Part shown: positions 12,654 to 25,902 of the stretch, one piece after another
How the letters are laid out: every line of letters begins with the position of its first letter
Position numbering within the stretch: the stretch's first letter is position 1
Origin: Bilabrum cf. latius
Taxonomy: Eukaryota
DNA length: 64,000 nt
Reading direction: 5' to 3'
Assembly: GCA_965178125.1 (NCBI GenBank)
Contig: OZ237770.1
Location: 186,001-250,000, forward strand
Translations under genes and position numbers: made by a program
Notes under the pieces: generated by a model
Databases searched by the model: none
Seen by the model: only the letters and a program-made list of their open reading frames with translations
What the model was told of the DNA's origin: nothing

Positions 12654-14675
12654 ATGATGGGTGGCAGCCTGAGGGTTCCCAAGCTAGATTTTACCAGGCT
12701 TCGAAATGGAATTACAAGGAAAGGCCAGGCTTCGGCGGCACATACGATTAAGAACAATAAGAAAGTGAAGCCGAAGCGGACGAGTAGCACCAAGCGCCGA
12801 ATCAGGGGCGGGGTCTCCTGGGATCCATCAGATTCAGCGGCGCCGATCTCTGATAGGCAATCGCACAAAATGAAATAGAAAAGTTCGCGATAGCTCTGGC
12901 ACGGGTCAACGTCCAGCTCGGATGGCGCCCGCTGGCGGCCCCCGAGAGAAAATGGCAAGGAAGTATCGGGCTCGAGCAAGTGTTCCAGCAAAGCCGAGCG
13001 GCGCATTTCGGGTGAGGATGTGGCGCAAGACGCACGGGCTGGGCTTCGTCGGCCTGTGACGAGTGAGGAAGAAGAGCACCAGCAGCAAATCGCCTGGAAA
13101 TCGCACGCAAGTCCAAGCCAGCGGCATCTCAACGACGAGCCGACCACGACAATGGCTGCCTTCGATGCAGCAGGAGCAGCCGCCGAGCCTTGCAACTCAC
13201 CGAGGCCAGTACAATACGATCTGACAGATATCCCGAGCAGTAGCCACGCATCCGGCACGGGTGATTCGAACCTAGCAGCTCGCAAGAGCTGTGGCACTGA
13301 GGTCGCGACCCACCCGGTTGCAACCGAAGAGCTCGACAGCGCACTCATCCGGGTGCCCAGCATGGGACAAGTGATGCAAGGAAGAGAAAGCACCCGGTAG
13401 GGACTGGGAAGGGTGCAGGGCATTGACGCGCACGATTCGCGCGCGTGGGTGCACTCTCGCTGGGGAGTTGTCGGTGGTGCCGCGCCCAAGCGGAACATTG
13501 ATGCTGATCCCCCTGTCGCAATTGCCACCACCTGTGGATCGTCCCACACCAGGTAGTCGGCAGGTCTGGGCGCCGCGCAATACAGCGGAACCAGTCCCCT
13601 GACTCGTCTGCCGACTGGCCTCACCGTCTCAGCCGAAACAGACGGTGGCAGCAGCCCAAACGTCGTGGGGGGACAGCAGCACCCAGTGCCGGTAGCAGAC
13701 ACATCTTACGACAGGGTACAGCGCAGTGCAATGCACCTCACATTACCGAAGACCGCTAGCAGCCCCCGGCCGAAACAGGCCGACTTGCCCAACGGTCCGC
13801 TGTCTGTGGTTCACTCGTCACACGCAAGTCTCACTCATAATGCAGTTGATCAATGCAGCGATGGTGACGATGCAGGTAAAGATGTGGCCAAGATGGCCAA
13901 AGTTGCGTGCTCGGTGGACCAACCCGGCAAGTCGAACCGTCTTCACTCGCATTTCAGGGAAAGAGACCCCACTGGCACGCGCGGTGCGATCTCCGGCTCA
14001 ATGGACGACAGTAGCACCAGCAACGGCAGCAGGATCACCCACATTACCAGCAGTGGCAGCAGCAGCAGCATGAGCAGCAGCAGGAGTAGCAGGAGCAGTA
14101 TCGACAGCAGTCATGCCGGCACAGGCGACTTGGAGCAAGATCCCTCGCAACAGGCGCAATCGCGAGCGCCCAGACCACTCGTCACACCGGCACTTGTCCG
14201 GGAGCCGGCCTTGGACCGAGGGCACACTCGTCACTCGAGTACCGCAGTTGCCCTGCCAGTGTTCCGGGATTCGACGGCGGCCTCCTCGGAGAACGCGGAA
14301 CCCAAGCGAACCTTCGCTTTCGAGGACCGCCCCAAGCTCCGGAAAGTTGCAGCCTGCTTATCGAATGAAATGTTGAAGAGAGGGAACGAGAGTCTGTCAT
14401 GCAAGACGTGTTGTAGTGGAGGTGAGAGGGTTGTAGCGCCGGCTGAGTTTGCAGACGGAGAGCACCGTGCGACGAGTGAGAGCCACAGCACGTCCGACGA
14501 CCCGCCCTCTCATACCTTCAGCGAAGAGGTGCCCATGACTTCCGTGGCAGCGAAGAGTCTTCGCTCCGCCGGTGGGATTGATGCCTCACTTGACTCCGAT
14601 CGCCTGCCGGCAGCTTCCAGTCATCAGGAGCGGCATGGCTTGCGAAGGAGATTGGCTGCTGCGTTGGATGGCTGA
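12654..14675 (+). CDS. Hypothetical low-complexity Ser/Arg-rich protein (~673 aa with TAG=Gln)
   Basis: ORFs 12630, 13020 and 13665 share a frame and are joined through 4 TAGs with no TAA or TGA. Ends TGA. No domain recognised. Confidence 0.6.
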
Positions 14676-14991
14676 TGCTTCCTTTGGCCGATGCGTATGT
14701 AGCGCAATCATTATAGCCGGCATTAGCAACCCGCACACGTAGGGAATTTGTTTCGTCAGGTTGACGGCACGCCGCATCAGCAGTGAGCAGGTGCTTTGGA
14801 TCGGCTGCTCGGCTTTCTGGGCATCAGTTTCTTATCTTTTTTTGCATCAGAGCGGTAGTAAACAAGCAACTCAGTGTTTGACTTCGCGTAAACTACAAAT
14901 TTATGTTTATTCTGTGACATGGCACGGCAAAATCAAGTTCACGCAGTCTCACTCGTCATAAGAGCTGCAAGTAGATCTATTCATATCATAA

Positions 14992-16702
14992 GCAGCCGTG
15001 AACTCTGACTGGAGCCTTGCACAGCTGTCCTCGATCCTGTACAGTGCAGTCTACGGAACGGTGCTGCAAGACCTCCACCTCTCAGCGGCACCAGCAGGCT
15101 TCGAGCAGGAGCTAAAACGCAAGACAGTGAAATGCACCTACGTACCAGGTATAGTCTGGAACAAGGCAGCTTTGAACATTGTCGACGAGGTCCTAGACTG
15201 TGCCAGGGCCGCCCTGGTCGAAGCAGCCCCCCGACTTCCTAAGAAAGGAGGCGGCCGTTTCCTGCCGAAGGACACGGTCAGGGCGCTGGTCTGGCCGGCC
15301 GACGCGATGGCCAGAGCTGTCTCACAGGCATACGGCTGCTCACTGGTGCTGCTGAGCGGAGACACGCCTGCCCACATGCAGCTAACCGCGTGGTACATGG
15401 TCAAGCACGAACCTAGTGCCCAGGGACCTATGGCGAACATGGCCGCAGTCTACAGGTGCCAACATGGCGCACGAGACCAGTCCGTCTTCCAGATGATCTT
15501 CAACACCAAGAACCGCAAGCAGCCGAAACGAACGTTCACCTCGTGGCTGTGCCCGTATATCCTACGGGACGCGACTGCACTGCTGAAGTCGAGCTCCAGC
15601 ACGCACGCTGCCGGTATACTGCGCGAAGCAGAAACGATGCACCCGGTAGCGACAGACGCCTGGGCAAAGTTTGACGAGGACTCTGTAGGCATGAAATACC
15701 TACAGAGCTGCATCGGTTTGGACAATTCCCGGATCCTCGGCCCTTCGGCCATGCCGGCGATAGCACGGAGCACCTGGCGAGGCCGAGACGGCCGCCTCAT
15801 CCTCCGATGGCTCACTGGGCGTTACCCTCGGGAAGGGACCATGCACCACAGAGGAGAACGCTCGGTACAGGCCGAAATGATGCGCGCGGAAGCCACGCAC
15901 ACGGACGTACCCTGGGCACCCACGGCAGTGGGGAGAGCACTATGGATGGAACACGTCAAAACGGAGCAGGTGCTGACACAGGAACACCGAGGGGACGCAG
16001 ACTCCTTGGAGCTCTCTATCGTCCAAGGCACCCTCGAACAACTCCAAGAACGGTGCCGACGTGCAATCCGACGCTTGTAGCAGAGGGCCAATGAGAGCTT
16101 CGGACGAGCCATCGAGGGGTTGTAGTCCTGCCAACTGTGCGTAGCTGAACAACTCAGCTCGGGCAGCCCAACAGCCCGAGACCTTGCAATCCGAGCCCAC
16201 CCGCTCGGACACATACTGAATCCCTCCGAGAACTAGTTCATCGGAGAGTGGATGACAGGAACGCTGGGCCGTTGCGCCCTCAGCAAGGAGCTTCAGGTGC
16301 TAGAACGCATCTGGGCGAAGGGAACGGCAAGGCTAGCACGCTCCCGGATCTGGAGCAGGCAACAAGTCCTAGAGGCGGACTATGTGGCGGTCTGGTGGCG
16401 AGAGGCTGAACGCCTCACGCCTCGCCAGGCCTTCCTCGCGCATGCTCCCTCACTGCGGACGTTCGACTGGGTCTGACTCCCAGGAGATCTCAACGCGATG
16501 CGCTTAGGACACGGGTCCTAGGCATGTATCGGTCTTAACCAGACCAACTATTTCTTCAGAGGCCTTTTCAGGTCCTGACTGGCTCCGCCAACTCGGGTAC
16601 AGCTGGGTCCCCTGTTAAGGTGCGCGTTACTTTGGTGGCAGTCCTCGGATTGTCTCTGGTATTGAATTGCGTGCGAAAACTCTATTTTCTCTCTCTCTCT
16701 CT
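14992..16702 (+). mobile_element. Probable 5'-truncated non-LTR retroelement A (ORF 14992-16476, 3' UTR, (TC)n tail)
   Basis: The frame opens directly after an in-frame TAA with no ATG near its start, stays open ~495 codons through 3 TAGs to TGA, and is followed by ~210 nt ending in (TC)7. Codon style differs from neighbouring genes. No RT motif is visible. Confidence 0.45.
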
Positions 16703-16720
16703 ATTCCTTGCACAATCACA

Positions 16721-17105
16721 GGAGCTGGTGGTCAGGTGGGAGAGCTGGCAGCGGGAGTTGCGCAGCTAGGAGTGGCACTACAGCAGGCTGGTGGAGCTGG
16801 TGGTGCGTAGGGTTTGGATGCAGCTGGAGCGCCAGCTGTGCCCGCAGTACCTGCTGCAGCTGCAGTAGGAGCTGAGGGTGCAGCACCGGACGAGGCGGCT
16901 GATCCGAACGCAATCGAACACGAAGGCATCGCGAACGCAGATGGACCGCAAGCAGCGCAACTCCCCCACGGAGGAGCGGCCCAGCTTGCGGAGCCCATGG
17001 CGTGAGCTTGCTGATCCGTTCGACCTGCCCAGTGCGATTGCCTCTTGGGGTGGTCGTTGTAGTTGGGTAGTGTGTGCTTTGACTCAGACATATTATATTC
17101 TCTCT
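16721..17105 (+). mobile_element. 5'-truncated non-LTR retroelement B with a 25-bp target-site duplication
   Basis: TCTCTCTATTCCTTGCACAATCACA occurs at 16696-16720 and 17099-17123. An Ala/Gly-rich ORF tail is open from the 5' break through one TAG to TGA at 17005. The 3' end recurs three times at 36913-37219. Confidence 0.8.
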
Positions 17106-17326
17106 ATTCCTTGCACAATCACATAGTTGTGCAGTATTTGTGCAGAGGCCCACCAGTCTAATCATTTTACGTTACTAATTACATTGCGAAGCGCTGAGTA
17201 CTGCCGGAGCTTGTCGCTGTGTACTATTGCTTGCCAATCGTACTACTCCAACATCTATTCTACTCAGGCTCAGATAAGGTGGTTGGATCTTACCAACCAA
17301 TTTGTGAAGGTATTCATGTTTTTACT

Positions 17327-20300
17327 ATGAGCTCCAGTCGTAAATGTGATGTAACGCCGAGTCTTATCGGGGTTGATGTTGGAACTGGGTCTGCTCGGGC
17401 TGTTGTGTTTCACGTTAAGGACGGCCGTGTTATTGGCAATGGAGTGCATCCGATCAGCACGCATGCATACCGGGCTACACGTTTTGCACATACTGGCGCC
17501 TGCGACAATGTTGCAGAGTCCGGTGCATCTGAACACAACGAGCAGCGAACACAGGAGATCTGGCAGGCTGTGTGTCTGGCCAGCAAAGAAGCCATACGCC
17601 AAGCAACAGCAGCGCTTCGATAGAATGATGCTTCAAAGTAGATTCTCACTGGTGATCCAGCTGAAATTGGTAGTAATGACGGTGAGGCGCCGGTGGACCG
17701 AAGCTAGCTTCGAGTGGTCGCGGTCGGCTTCGACGCGACTTGCTCGCTCGTCGCCATGGACGAGCAGGGAGCACCTGCTTCAATCTCGCATCCTGAGCAT
17801 GAAACATCATGTAAATAGGCAGGATCAGCCGCTGTCAACGATGTTATCCTGTGGATGTGCCACAGAGCGAGCGAGCAAGCCCGCCACCTCTCCCGATCCA
17901 GAGATCTGGATGTATTGCAGCGCCTGCGATTCGTCGGCGGGGCGGTATCTCCAGAGATGCAGATCCCCAAGATTTCTTGGCTACACCATGCCGGTCTCAT
18001 TGCACCGCAATGCTATGCTGCTGGTGCTCCCGAACCAGGCTCATCTCAGGCTGTCGCTGCAAGCAGCTCAGGCTCGACCATGGCTGCAAGCTCTGGAGCC
18101 ACATCCCCCGCGTCAAGTAGGCATGCCAGTGGATCCATTGCTCATCTGCTGGACCTTGGTGACTGGCTGGCCTGGCGAGCAACTCGGAATCCAGAGGAAG
18201 TTCCTGTGACGAGTGCGGAGAGGGGGGTGTGTGCGCTCACCTGCAAGTGGCTGTTCGATCCGATCCATCTGGAGGGCGACTCGCACTCGCCACACCGCTA
18301 TCAATCGTCAGGCAGTCACACCAGTCAGTCTGGCTGGAGCCGCGCTGTGTTTCGAGAAGCAGGCTTGGAGAGCCTATGGCGCTCTCAAGGGGGGAAATCC
18401 CCTGGAGCGCTAGGTACTCATGGGGGCGCCTGCACCTGCGATGATAGCGACCTCGGAGAGGAGGGCAGTGGGTCAGGAAACATCAAAGGGACAAGCATGT
18501 CTAGAAGAGACGGAGGCGGGGTTGGTGAAGGGGGAGGCCTTGCTAGCATCGGTGGAGTGCACTGCACTCCAGTGCCGGTGGGTGCCCCGATGGCCAAACG
18601 CATGTCCGTTGAGGCGATGGAGGAGATGGGGATCGTGTGCAGAGGTGCGCTGCGTGGTGATCAGACTGATTCATCGCACGGTGCATCATCGCCTACGTCT
18701 GGATCTGATTTGACTGCGGAGTCGCATGCCGGTCTGGGATAGGCATAGTCACAGCCGTAGGCACACCTCATGGCCCCTGTGGTGTGCAGTGGGATGATAG
18801 ATGCGCACGCCGCTGTGCTGGGGTGCATTGGTGTGACGAGTGACTATGGTGTGGGGAAAGCCGCAGCTGCAGGCATGCATGCAATTGATCCTGGTGATGC
18901 TGCTGCTGCCGCTGCCGCTGCTGCTGCCGCTGCCGCTGCTGCTGCCGCTGCCGCTGCTGAGCCATCGAGTCAGGAGACTGGGCCCGGTGCCAATCCACCG
19001 GTGGATTGCGTGTTGGTGGCCGGTACATCGGCGTGCCACATGGTGCTCCGCGAGCCGAACGTTCCTCGAGGTTCGCCAGGGTACCCCGGCTCGCCCCCGT
19101 TCTGCCGGGGTGTATGGGGCCCGTACTGGAGTGCTGCTGTCCCAGGGATGTGGCTGTTGGAGGGTGGTCAAACCAGCGCAGGATCCATGCTCGATAGCGT
19201 GATACGGTCGCAGACAGGATTTATCGGTATCGTAGCAAGCGAGCTTGGAGCGAGGAAACAACGCTCTGCTGCTGGGAGGGGCTCTGCTGCAAGAGAGGTC
19301 TCGCATGCAGCACCAGTCCCGCCATAGGGGACCGCAAGCGAGAAGGGCAGGGAACAAGACGTGGGCGTGCCAGGAGGTGCCATGCTACCGGTAGGAGGGT
19401 CACCTGGGGAACACAGTGGTGCTGTGGTGGGAAGCTCCGATCGAGCGCTCATCGGTGAGGCATTCGAACTAGTGGGAAGGCCCGGCCCACTGCCCGGGTG
19501 GGTGCATGATGCTGCGGTGCGAGCAGTGTGCAGGCACAGGGGATGGCCGGAAACCGGTATCGGCTCCGAGTCGAAGTCCAGCCCGACACCGGTCGCGCAT
19601 GCCCGGGCCATCCGGGATCGCATCGTCGCGCAGGGGCGAAGCGGCAGCGGTGGCCGGGTGATTGTGACTCCGAATCCGATGGGGAACCGATGCCCGCTGG
19701 CGGATCCCAGCATGCGCACGTGCCTCGCTGGGTTGGGTCTTGCTAGTTCCGGTTTGGAGGCGGAGCGCCAGGCGATCGAGGTGTACGACGGGGCTGTGAG
19801 GGGACTGGCCATGGGGACCCGGCAGATCCTCGGGGCTGCCGGTGTGATGAGTGATAGTGGGAGTGTGACGAGTGACCACTGGTCGGAAGGGTCATCATCG
19901 CCTGATATGCGACAGAGGAGGCGCCGGCTGGTCGTGTGCGGGGGGCTTGCCTCCAACCCGCTGTACCTGCTGCACCACGCCGACGTGATGCGCGGGTGGG
20001 AAATCGGTGTGACGAGTGCGGATGACTTTTCCGTGTGCCGTGGGGCCGCAGTGGCGGCTCTGAGCGCCGCCGTTTGCGGTTCCGCAGAACGCGCGGCGCC
20101 GTCCAGCACGCGGGCCTCGGTGCTCCAGGCCGCGGCACGGCTGTGCGCGTACGAGCCTCGAGGACGGCCGGTTGGGGGTGCCATCACATGGCTGGGCGGA
20201 GACAGTGCGCGAAATAATTCGGAGGGAGGTGCTGGGTCCTCTGCATCAGCTAGGGGTGGCGCACAAGGTGCAGTGCACGGTGGGTAGGCGAGGACTCTGT

Positions 20301-20350
20301 AGGAGTACAGTGCCTGGATAAAGCTGCAATCGTGCTCGCAGTCCCTGTGA
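17327..20350 (+). CDS. FGGY: FGGY-family carbohydrate kinase (D-ribulokinase/YDR109C-like), ~1007 aa with TAG=Gln
   Basis: IGVDVGTGSARA, GFDATCSLV, VILWMCHRA, VSPEMQIPK, CKW, IDAHA, GTSACHM, GVWGPY, EGGQTSAG, GNRCPLADP, CGGLASNPL. One frame with 10 internal TAGs. Ends TGA. Confidence 0.9.
18899..18958 (+). repeat. GCT/GCC trinucleotide tract encoding ~20 Ala inside the FGGY kinase
   Basis: Directly visible in the sequence. Confidence 0.9.
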
Positions 20351-20569
20351 CATCATGATGCGATGTTCGTTTTTCAATTGTTATTGTACTTGGATTTTAC
20401 CCGAGGATCCCAGATCAGGGGGTAAGGTGGCTGTGGTGCACTTTGGGTCCCGCCGATCGTTCTGGTTCGAATTATATCATACTCTCCTGTTGGTCGGCTG
20501 TTCGTTTGCGTGCGTGCCACCTCTCCGAATTCGGGGTAAAATCGACATTTGTAGCAGAATCTACGCATA

Positions 20570-23500
20570 ATGCAGAGTAGACGTACTAGTAAAGATTCTA
20601 TGTTGGCAGGAGGAACGTCTGGTGCCGTTCCGATGCCGCCGGGAAGAGCGAGAGCTGGATCGTCCAATGCATAGCCTCGAACCATGTCGTTCAGCAGCGG
20701 GGGCGCGAATCCTCTGGTAAGCCTATCCGTTTATCCCTTTTGAATGGTTTTGTTTGTTGTATTACGTCAGTGCTGCACGTCGCAAGATGTTCATGCTGAC
20801 CTATTCCTCTTTGCTTGACCTGCAGGCGAAGGGGCGGCGTCCGAGCGCCGCGAATGATGGTCGGCGAGCGTCGCAAGCCAGTGCTTCGGGCCCAGAGGAG
20901 AGACGGTCTACAATTGTGATCGGCTCGAGCGTCCCCTTAGCGTCGGCAAGTCCACTGGATGGCACGGAAGGGAAGGCAGCTGGTCAACCGGGCAACCAAG
21001 CTGGGAACCGGGGCGCAGCTGAGCTCGATAGTTCGCTAGTGCGCGATCCGAATAGTGTTGCATTTATTTCGTAGGACGAGATCGGTGCCGATGATGTATG
21101 GCGAGCGAAATGGTTGCGATAGTATCGAAAGAAACATGAGGCCGATGACAGGGGAGATCTTCTCGCTCGGTATCAAGCTCCCACATCAATAGGTGAGCAA
21201 TGTGACAGCTCCATGACGATACACATATAGTATGGGCATCTGTACCCGTGCAACAGCCCGCCTTGATGCCATACAGGGTCCGATCTTGCAAGCACACCGT
21301 GCGGCATTTTCGCAACACCAGTGCTTGCCCATCCATGCCCAGTCAAACACATCCCTGCAGGCCACACAAATCCCGCTCCAACCGTTCGGCAAGCCGTTGA
21401 CATATCTCTCCCATTCGATCGGCGCCTAGACCACCTGGGCAGGACCAGAGCAGAGGCACAGGACGCGGCAAGAGCAGGTGCTGCGTCGCCTGCGGGCCGG
21501 AGCCACGCCGGGTTTGGGGGCCCAAGGCGGGCAGGAGACCCATCTGCTCCAGCACCGCCGGCAGATGGGAAGCATGCATCGACTGCGAGCGCATCTGGCG
21601 CGTCTGAATCGTTTCCTCCCCCCGCCATGCCGCCAGGCATGACCCCTCTCTTGGCCTCCATCCACGAGGATGAGGCATCCTCCTCCCCATCCGATCGGAG
21701 CGCAGTCAGGAGACGGGCCTCCAAGGCACAGAGGGACGCATCGCGGGGATGGACGGGACACGGCGGGGGCAGCGACTCGGATTCCAGCTCCGAATACCAT
21801 GACGCGGCCGCCCAGGAAGCCTAGGCGTCGATGCGAAGGGGCACGGGCTCCGTGGCAATCCACCGGCGGAGCGGACCCGCCGGCAATCCACCGGTGGATA
21901 CGATGGGCAGGTTCAACCGCTGGCAGCACGAGCGCGATTTCGGTACGTACGAGCTGGAGGTGGACGGGCAGGCAGTGCGGCGGCGGCTGGTCACCCGATC
22001 GGGCGACGTGTACACAAGGGAGGTCTCGATCGATGCGCCGCAGCTGTTTGAAATCGAGGAGGTGCACCGCACTGCTGCGCAGGTAGCGCAGGAAAAACTG
22101 TACGCGTGCGCGAACAGCGGCTGCGTGCGGTACGTGAGGTCTCAGCCCTTGTACGTGGTGGCATGTGTTGGAGTGCTGGCCGTGCTCTACACGCTGACCC
22201 TGTTTGGCCTGCCCGGACTCAAGCTGAGGTCAGCTGCGGTGACGGCGTCTTATCTGCTGGCATTTCTGGTGGCGCTACCGGTGTGTTCCTCGGGCGCGTG
22301 GCGCTGCTGCTTCGATTGTTCCCCGGAATGGAGGGTCTGGTGCAGGGACAGGTTCAGGACGGTGGGAGCCGACACGGATCTGGACCCGTGCTGCGGGTGC
22401 GGGTTCGGGTGCCTGGCAGAGCGTCTCGGGTGCCACTGGTGCTGTGCTTGCTGTGCCGGGTGCGCGGGCTGCTGCAGGGGGTTGGCTTACTGCTGCCCAG
22501 GTGGGTACGAAGTGGCTGGTTTCTCTGACGCGAACCTGGCCTGGGTGGCCTTCGTGATCGAGTCCTGGTACGGACCGTCCCGGCCCCCTTCTCGACTGGG
22601 AGGGTCTAACCGCAAGGACCTGCCGTACCTGTACGACTTGGATCTGCGCCGGCAGGCCATCGTGGCAGAGGCCTCGAGAAAGGGAGGCCAGGCAGACGAC
22701 GGCCTTCAGGAGGTGAGGGTGGAGGCGGCGCGGCGGGAAGCGGACAAGTCGAGAAAGGAGGCGATCGACGAGGAGGTGGAGCGGGAGTACGTTCTGGACA
22801 GGATGCTGTTCCCTGGAGGGTGCGGGGGGACGTCTTTGGCCACCCTTGTGTTCCTCAACTTATTTCTGGTCGTCCTGCTCCCGGCTTTGTCCACCTGCAG
22901 CTTCTGCGCGGCGGACGCGTACGCCAGCCCGAGCCAGGTGGGTTCTTTCGCTGTGGCCACACCGTCCGCAACCCCTGTACCTCCTGCGGGCCCCCAGTGC
23001 AGGTGGGGCGCGAGGTACTATCTCGCCCGTCTGGGCTGCGAGTACATTGATCCGATCGCGCTGTGCCCTGGGGACACGGCCGAGTTCAGCCCGGATGTGC
23101 CCCCGGTGATGCGCACGGTGCACGAGCTGAGGAACCCCCAGGACGACGATGACGCGGGGCCGCTCTCAGCAGAGGGGATGGGCGGGCTCGGGCTGTATCT
23201 GGATGGAGCATTAGGTCATGGTGAGAACGACAACGCAACGGGGGCCAGCTACGAGAGAGCTGCACTGCATGGTGGTGCGGGTCGTGGGATGGCAGCAGCA
23301 GGTGCAGGCGGCGGGGTAGCAGTCTCGTACAGTTGGTCGCAGGACGGCAGTGGCGCCGCGCAATTCGAAGCGGAACATGGTGGTGATCGGAGCGGCTATG
23401 CCTCGTGGGCCGCCAGGTCGCTCCGGGTCCACGGCACTCGTCACACAGAATTCGGGCCGTAGCCCGAGCAGCCCGTGTGCAGGAGCCTCCGGCTGCAGGC

Positions 23501-25748
23501 CGAGCGTCAGGTATTAGCCCAGGGAACAACGCCGTACCCCACTCACTCGCCTGCCCGAGGGTAGGGCCTTGGCTCGAAGTCGCCCCCTGGCCATTCAACT
23601 CCGGACGGACTAGAGCAGTGGGTACAGGAGCGCAGCTCAGGCGCATCGCACGGTGCTGCAGCTCCGTCGCCGCGCGGACTGCGGTGGTCCGGTAGGGGGG
23701 AGTCAGCTGGTGCATCGGATTCGGAGCCGATCCTCGGACTCGATCGCCTAGGACAAGCCGATGGCGATGGTGGCGCGGATGCAAGCAGTGGTCGCGATGG
23801 TAAGCCCGGCGGGTCGAGCTGGGGTCTGGTCTCTGCTGCAGTCTCCTCGGTTGAAAGGGCGTGGTCCGGGGTGCGAGACCCGGTGGGCGCCCTCGGTGCC
23901 GCTGCTTTTTCGTGCATGCGGCTGGTCAGGTCAGGCTGGTCGATTGCCAAAGAAGGCATTGCAGTTGGGGCGTTCGGCCTGGAGCTTCTTCGGGCAGGCG
24001 AGCTGAGTGCAGCGGTGAACCCGTGGGGGGTGGCTTGGGACACTGCAATCGCCGGGTCTGGAGCGCTTCCGGTCTTTGGGGCCGGTGCATCGCACGATGG
24101 TGCCGACTCGGAGTCGTACTGGCTTCAGAACAGCGCGCTGACGAGTGCGGCCATGCTAGGTGGTAGCCACCATACCGAGGGAACAAGGGGCCTTCAGGCC
24201 GGCAGCGGTGCAAGGCCCCATGCCACTGGTGGCTGGGATGGATCGAACCCAGTCAGCGGCTCTAATTTGGGACAGGGAGGGGGCGAGGAACGGCTCCGGA
24301 ACGACATCTTCACCCTGCCCGCCAAGTGCGACAAGCTGTTCCGGTTTGTGGACGACGTGAGGAGCACGCCGGGCCTGGATCCGGACCAGGCGACGGCCTT
24401 CACGAACGTTCTTTCAATATACAACGAGGCCAAGCCGGGCCGGGTCATCGATCGGATCAAGAACGTGCAGATCGACCAGATCACGGAGTCGTATGCCTCC
24501 GTTCTCGCCAGCGCGGTGCCTGGCTCCAACGACTTTACCTGCCAGGCGTGCAGGCGGCCAGCGTTCTACGCCTATCTGGGGTGCTACTCGCTGTCATGGA
24601 TCGCTGCGATCGTGCTGCTGCTGGTCATGCCGTGCCTTGGACTTGTCCCCATGCTTCCCATCCGGCCCCTGTACTTTTATCCACGGCCCCAGTCCGTGCT
24701 GCACATGTACGATTCGGCCGGTATTGAGCTCATGACTGTGGATCTGGGGGATTACCGCAACTGCGAATCCGCCATCAGGTTCATCCGGCTGAGGCAGCAG
24801 ATCATGCTCGAGTCGAGACTGGCAGAGGATTTCTCGGGATGGGCGAGCCTGGTGAACCCGACGTACAGGCCCGACGGGAGCGAACCCATAGGAACGTTCG
24901 TCACGGGTACGGACACTGCGCCGGCGCAGCATGCCTTGTCGAGCGCGGGCCGCACGGCCTGTGCAGCCGTTTCGGACGTTGTGTGCTGCAGGCTCGCGGG
25001 ATCGAGCCTGCGAGGGGGCGCCCGCTCTGGGCTTGCTCTGTTCTGCTGCCCTTGCCTGGCTTGCGGAGGCGGCTGTGGGGGGGGATCGCCTGGGGGAATC
25101 GACGATGCCTTGGAGGACGGGGAACAGCCCGCCTCCACCACGGTGGGCGGCGGGGCCCTGCGTGCAGCTGGAGAGGTGGTCAAGGCTGTGGGGGGTGCCC
25201 TGGGCGCGGGGTCACGTTCGGTTTTCTTTTTTGATGGCTGGGGACATGCTGCCCGGACTCGATCCTCGGTGGAGGACGCGGTAGACACTTTGATCCGGGG
25301 GATCGCCACCGAGAGCGACCTGGATGATGTGACGAGTGCGCTTGGTGCGGTGGATGCGGGTGTGGTCCGGCGTGACCTGCAGGCGTGGGAGGGCGCTCGT
25401 CACACCTCGGGGAACATGGCCACCCAGCAGCTGGAGCGCGTGGCAGTGGCGGCCCGAGTGGCACGCGCTGGACTGATGCCCTCATTGCCGGAGGTGGTCA
25501 AAGGCATGCGGCGCAGGGAACTGGAAGAAGTGGATCTTCAGGAGCAGCTGGCGCTCCCCGGTGGCCTCGCACGGGCAGCCGGGCTGCTCGCTCGTCGCGG
25601 CGCCAAATTCGTCGGTGGATTGGTCAGGAAGGGTCTGGACCACGGGGCAGACCTCGCCCAGCGGGCCATGGTGCGCCTGGAATCGGCGGGGGAGGGGTTT
25701 GGGGTGGGGCGGGTCGCGACCGCGTTTTGCCGGTGCTTTGGAGTGTGA
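20570..25748 (+). CDS. Uncharacterised Cys-rich multi-pass membrane protein, paralog A
   Basis: Introns 20717-20825 and 21193-21360; one frame through 6 TAGs; ends TGA. Shares blocks with the gene at 28110-31400 (AKWLR.Y, LDP.CGCGFG, CCPGGY..AGFS, PPSRLGGS, ITE.YASVLASAVP, VDLGDYRN.ESA). Confidence 0.75.
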
Positions 25749-25902
25749 TTGCCGGTCGAATGGATATTACAAAAGGAAACGAGATACTGGGCGCACTGGA
25801 AACGGGCGGTGTGACATCAAGCTTGCCGCGTGAATCTTCTGTATCTATAATGATCGGATCAACTGCATCTTCAAACCAAGTGCATCATCGGGAGGCCAGC
25901 GA

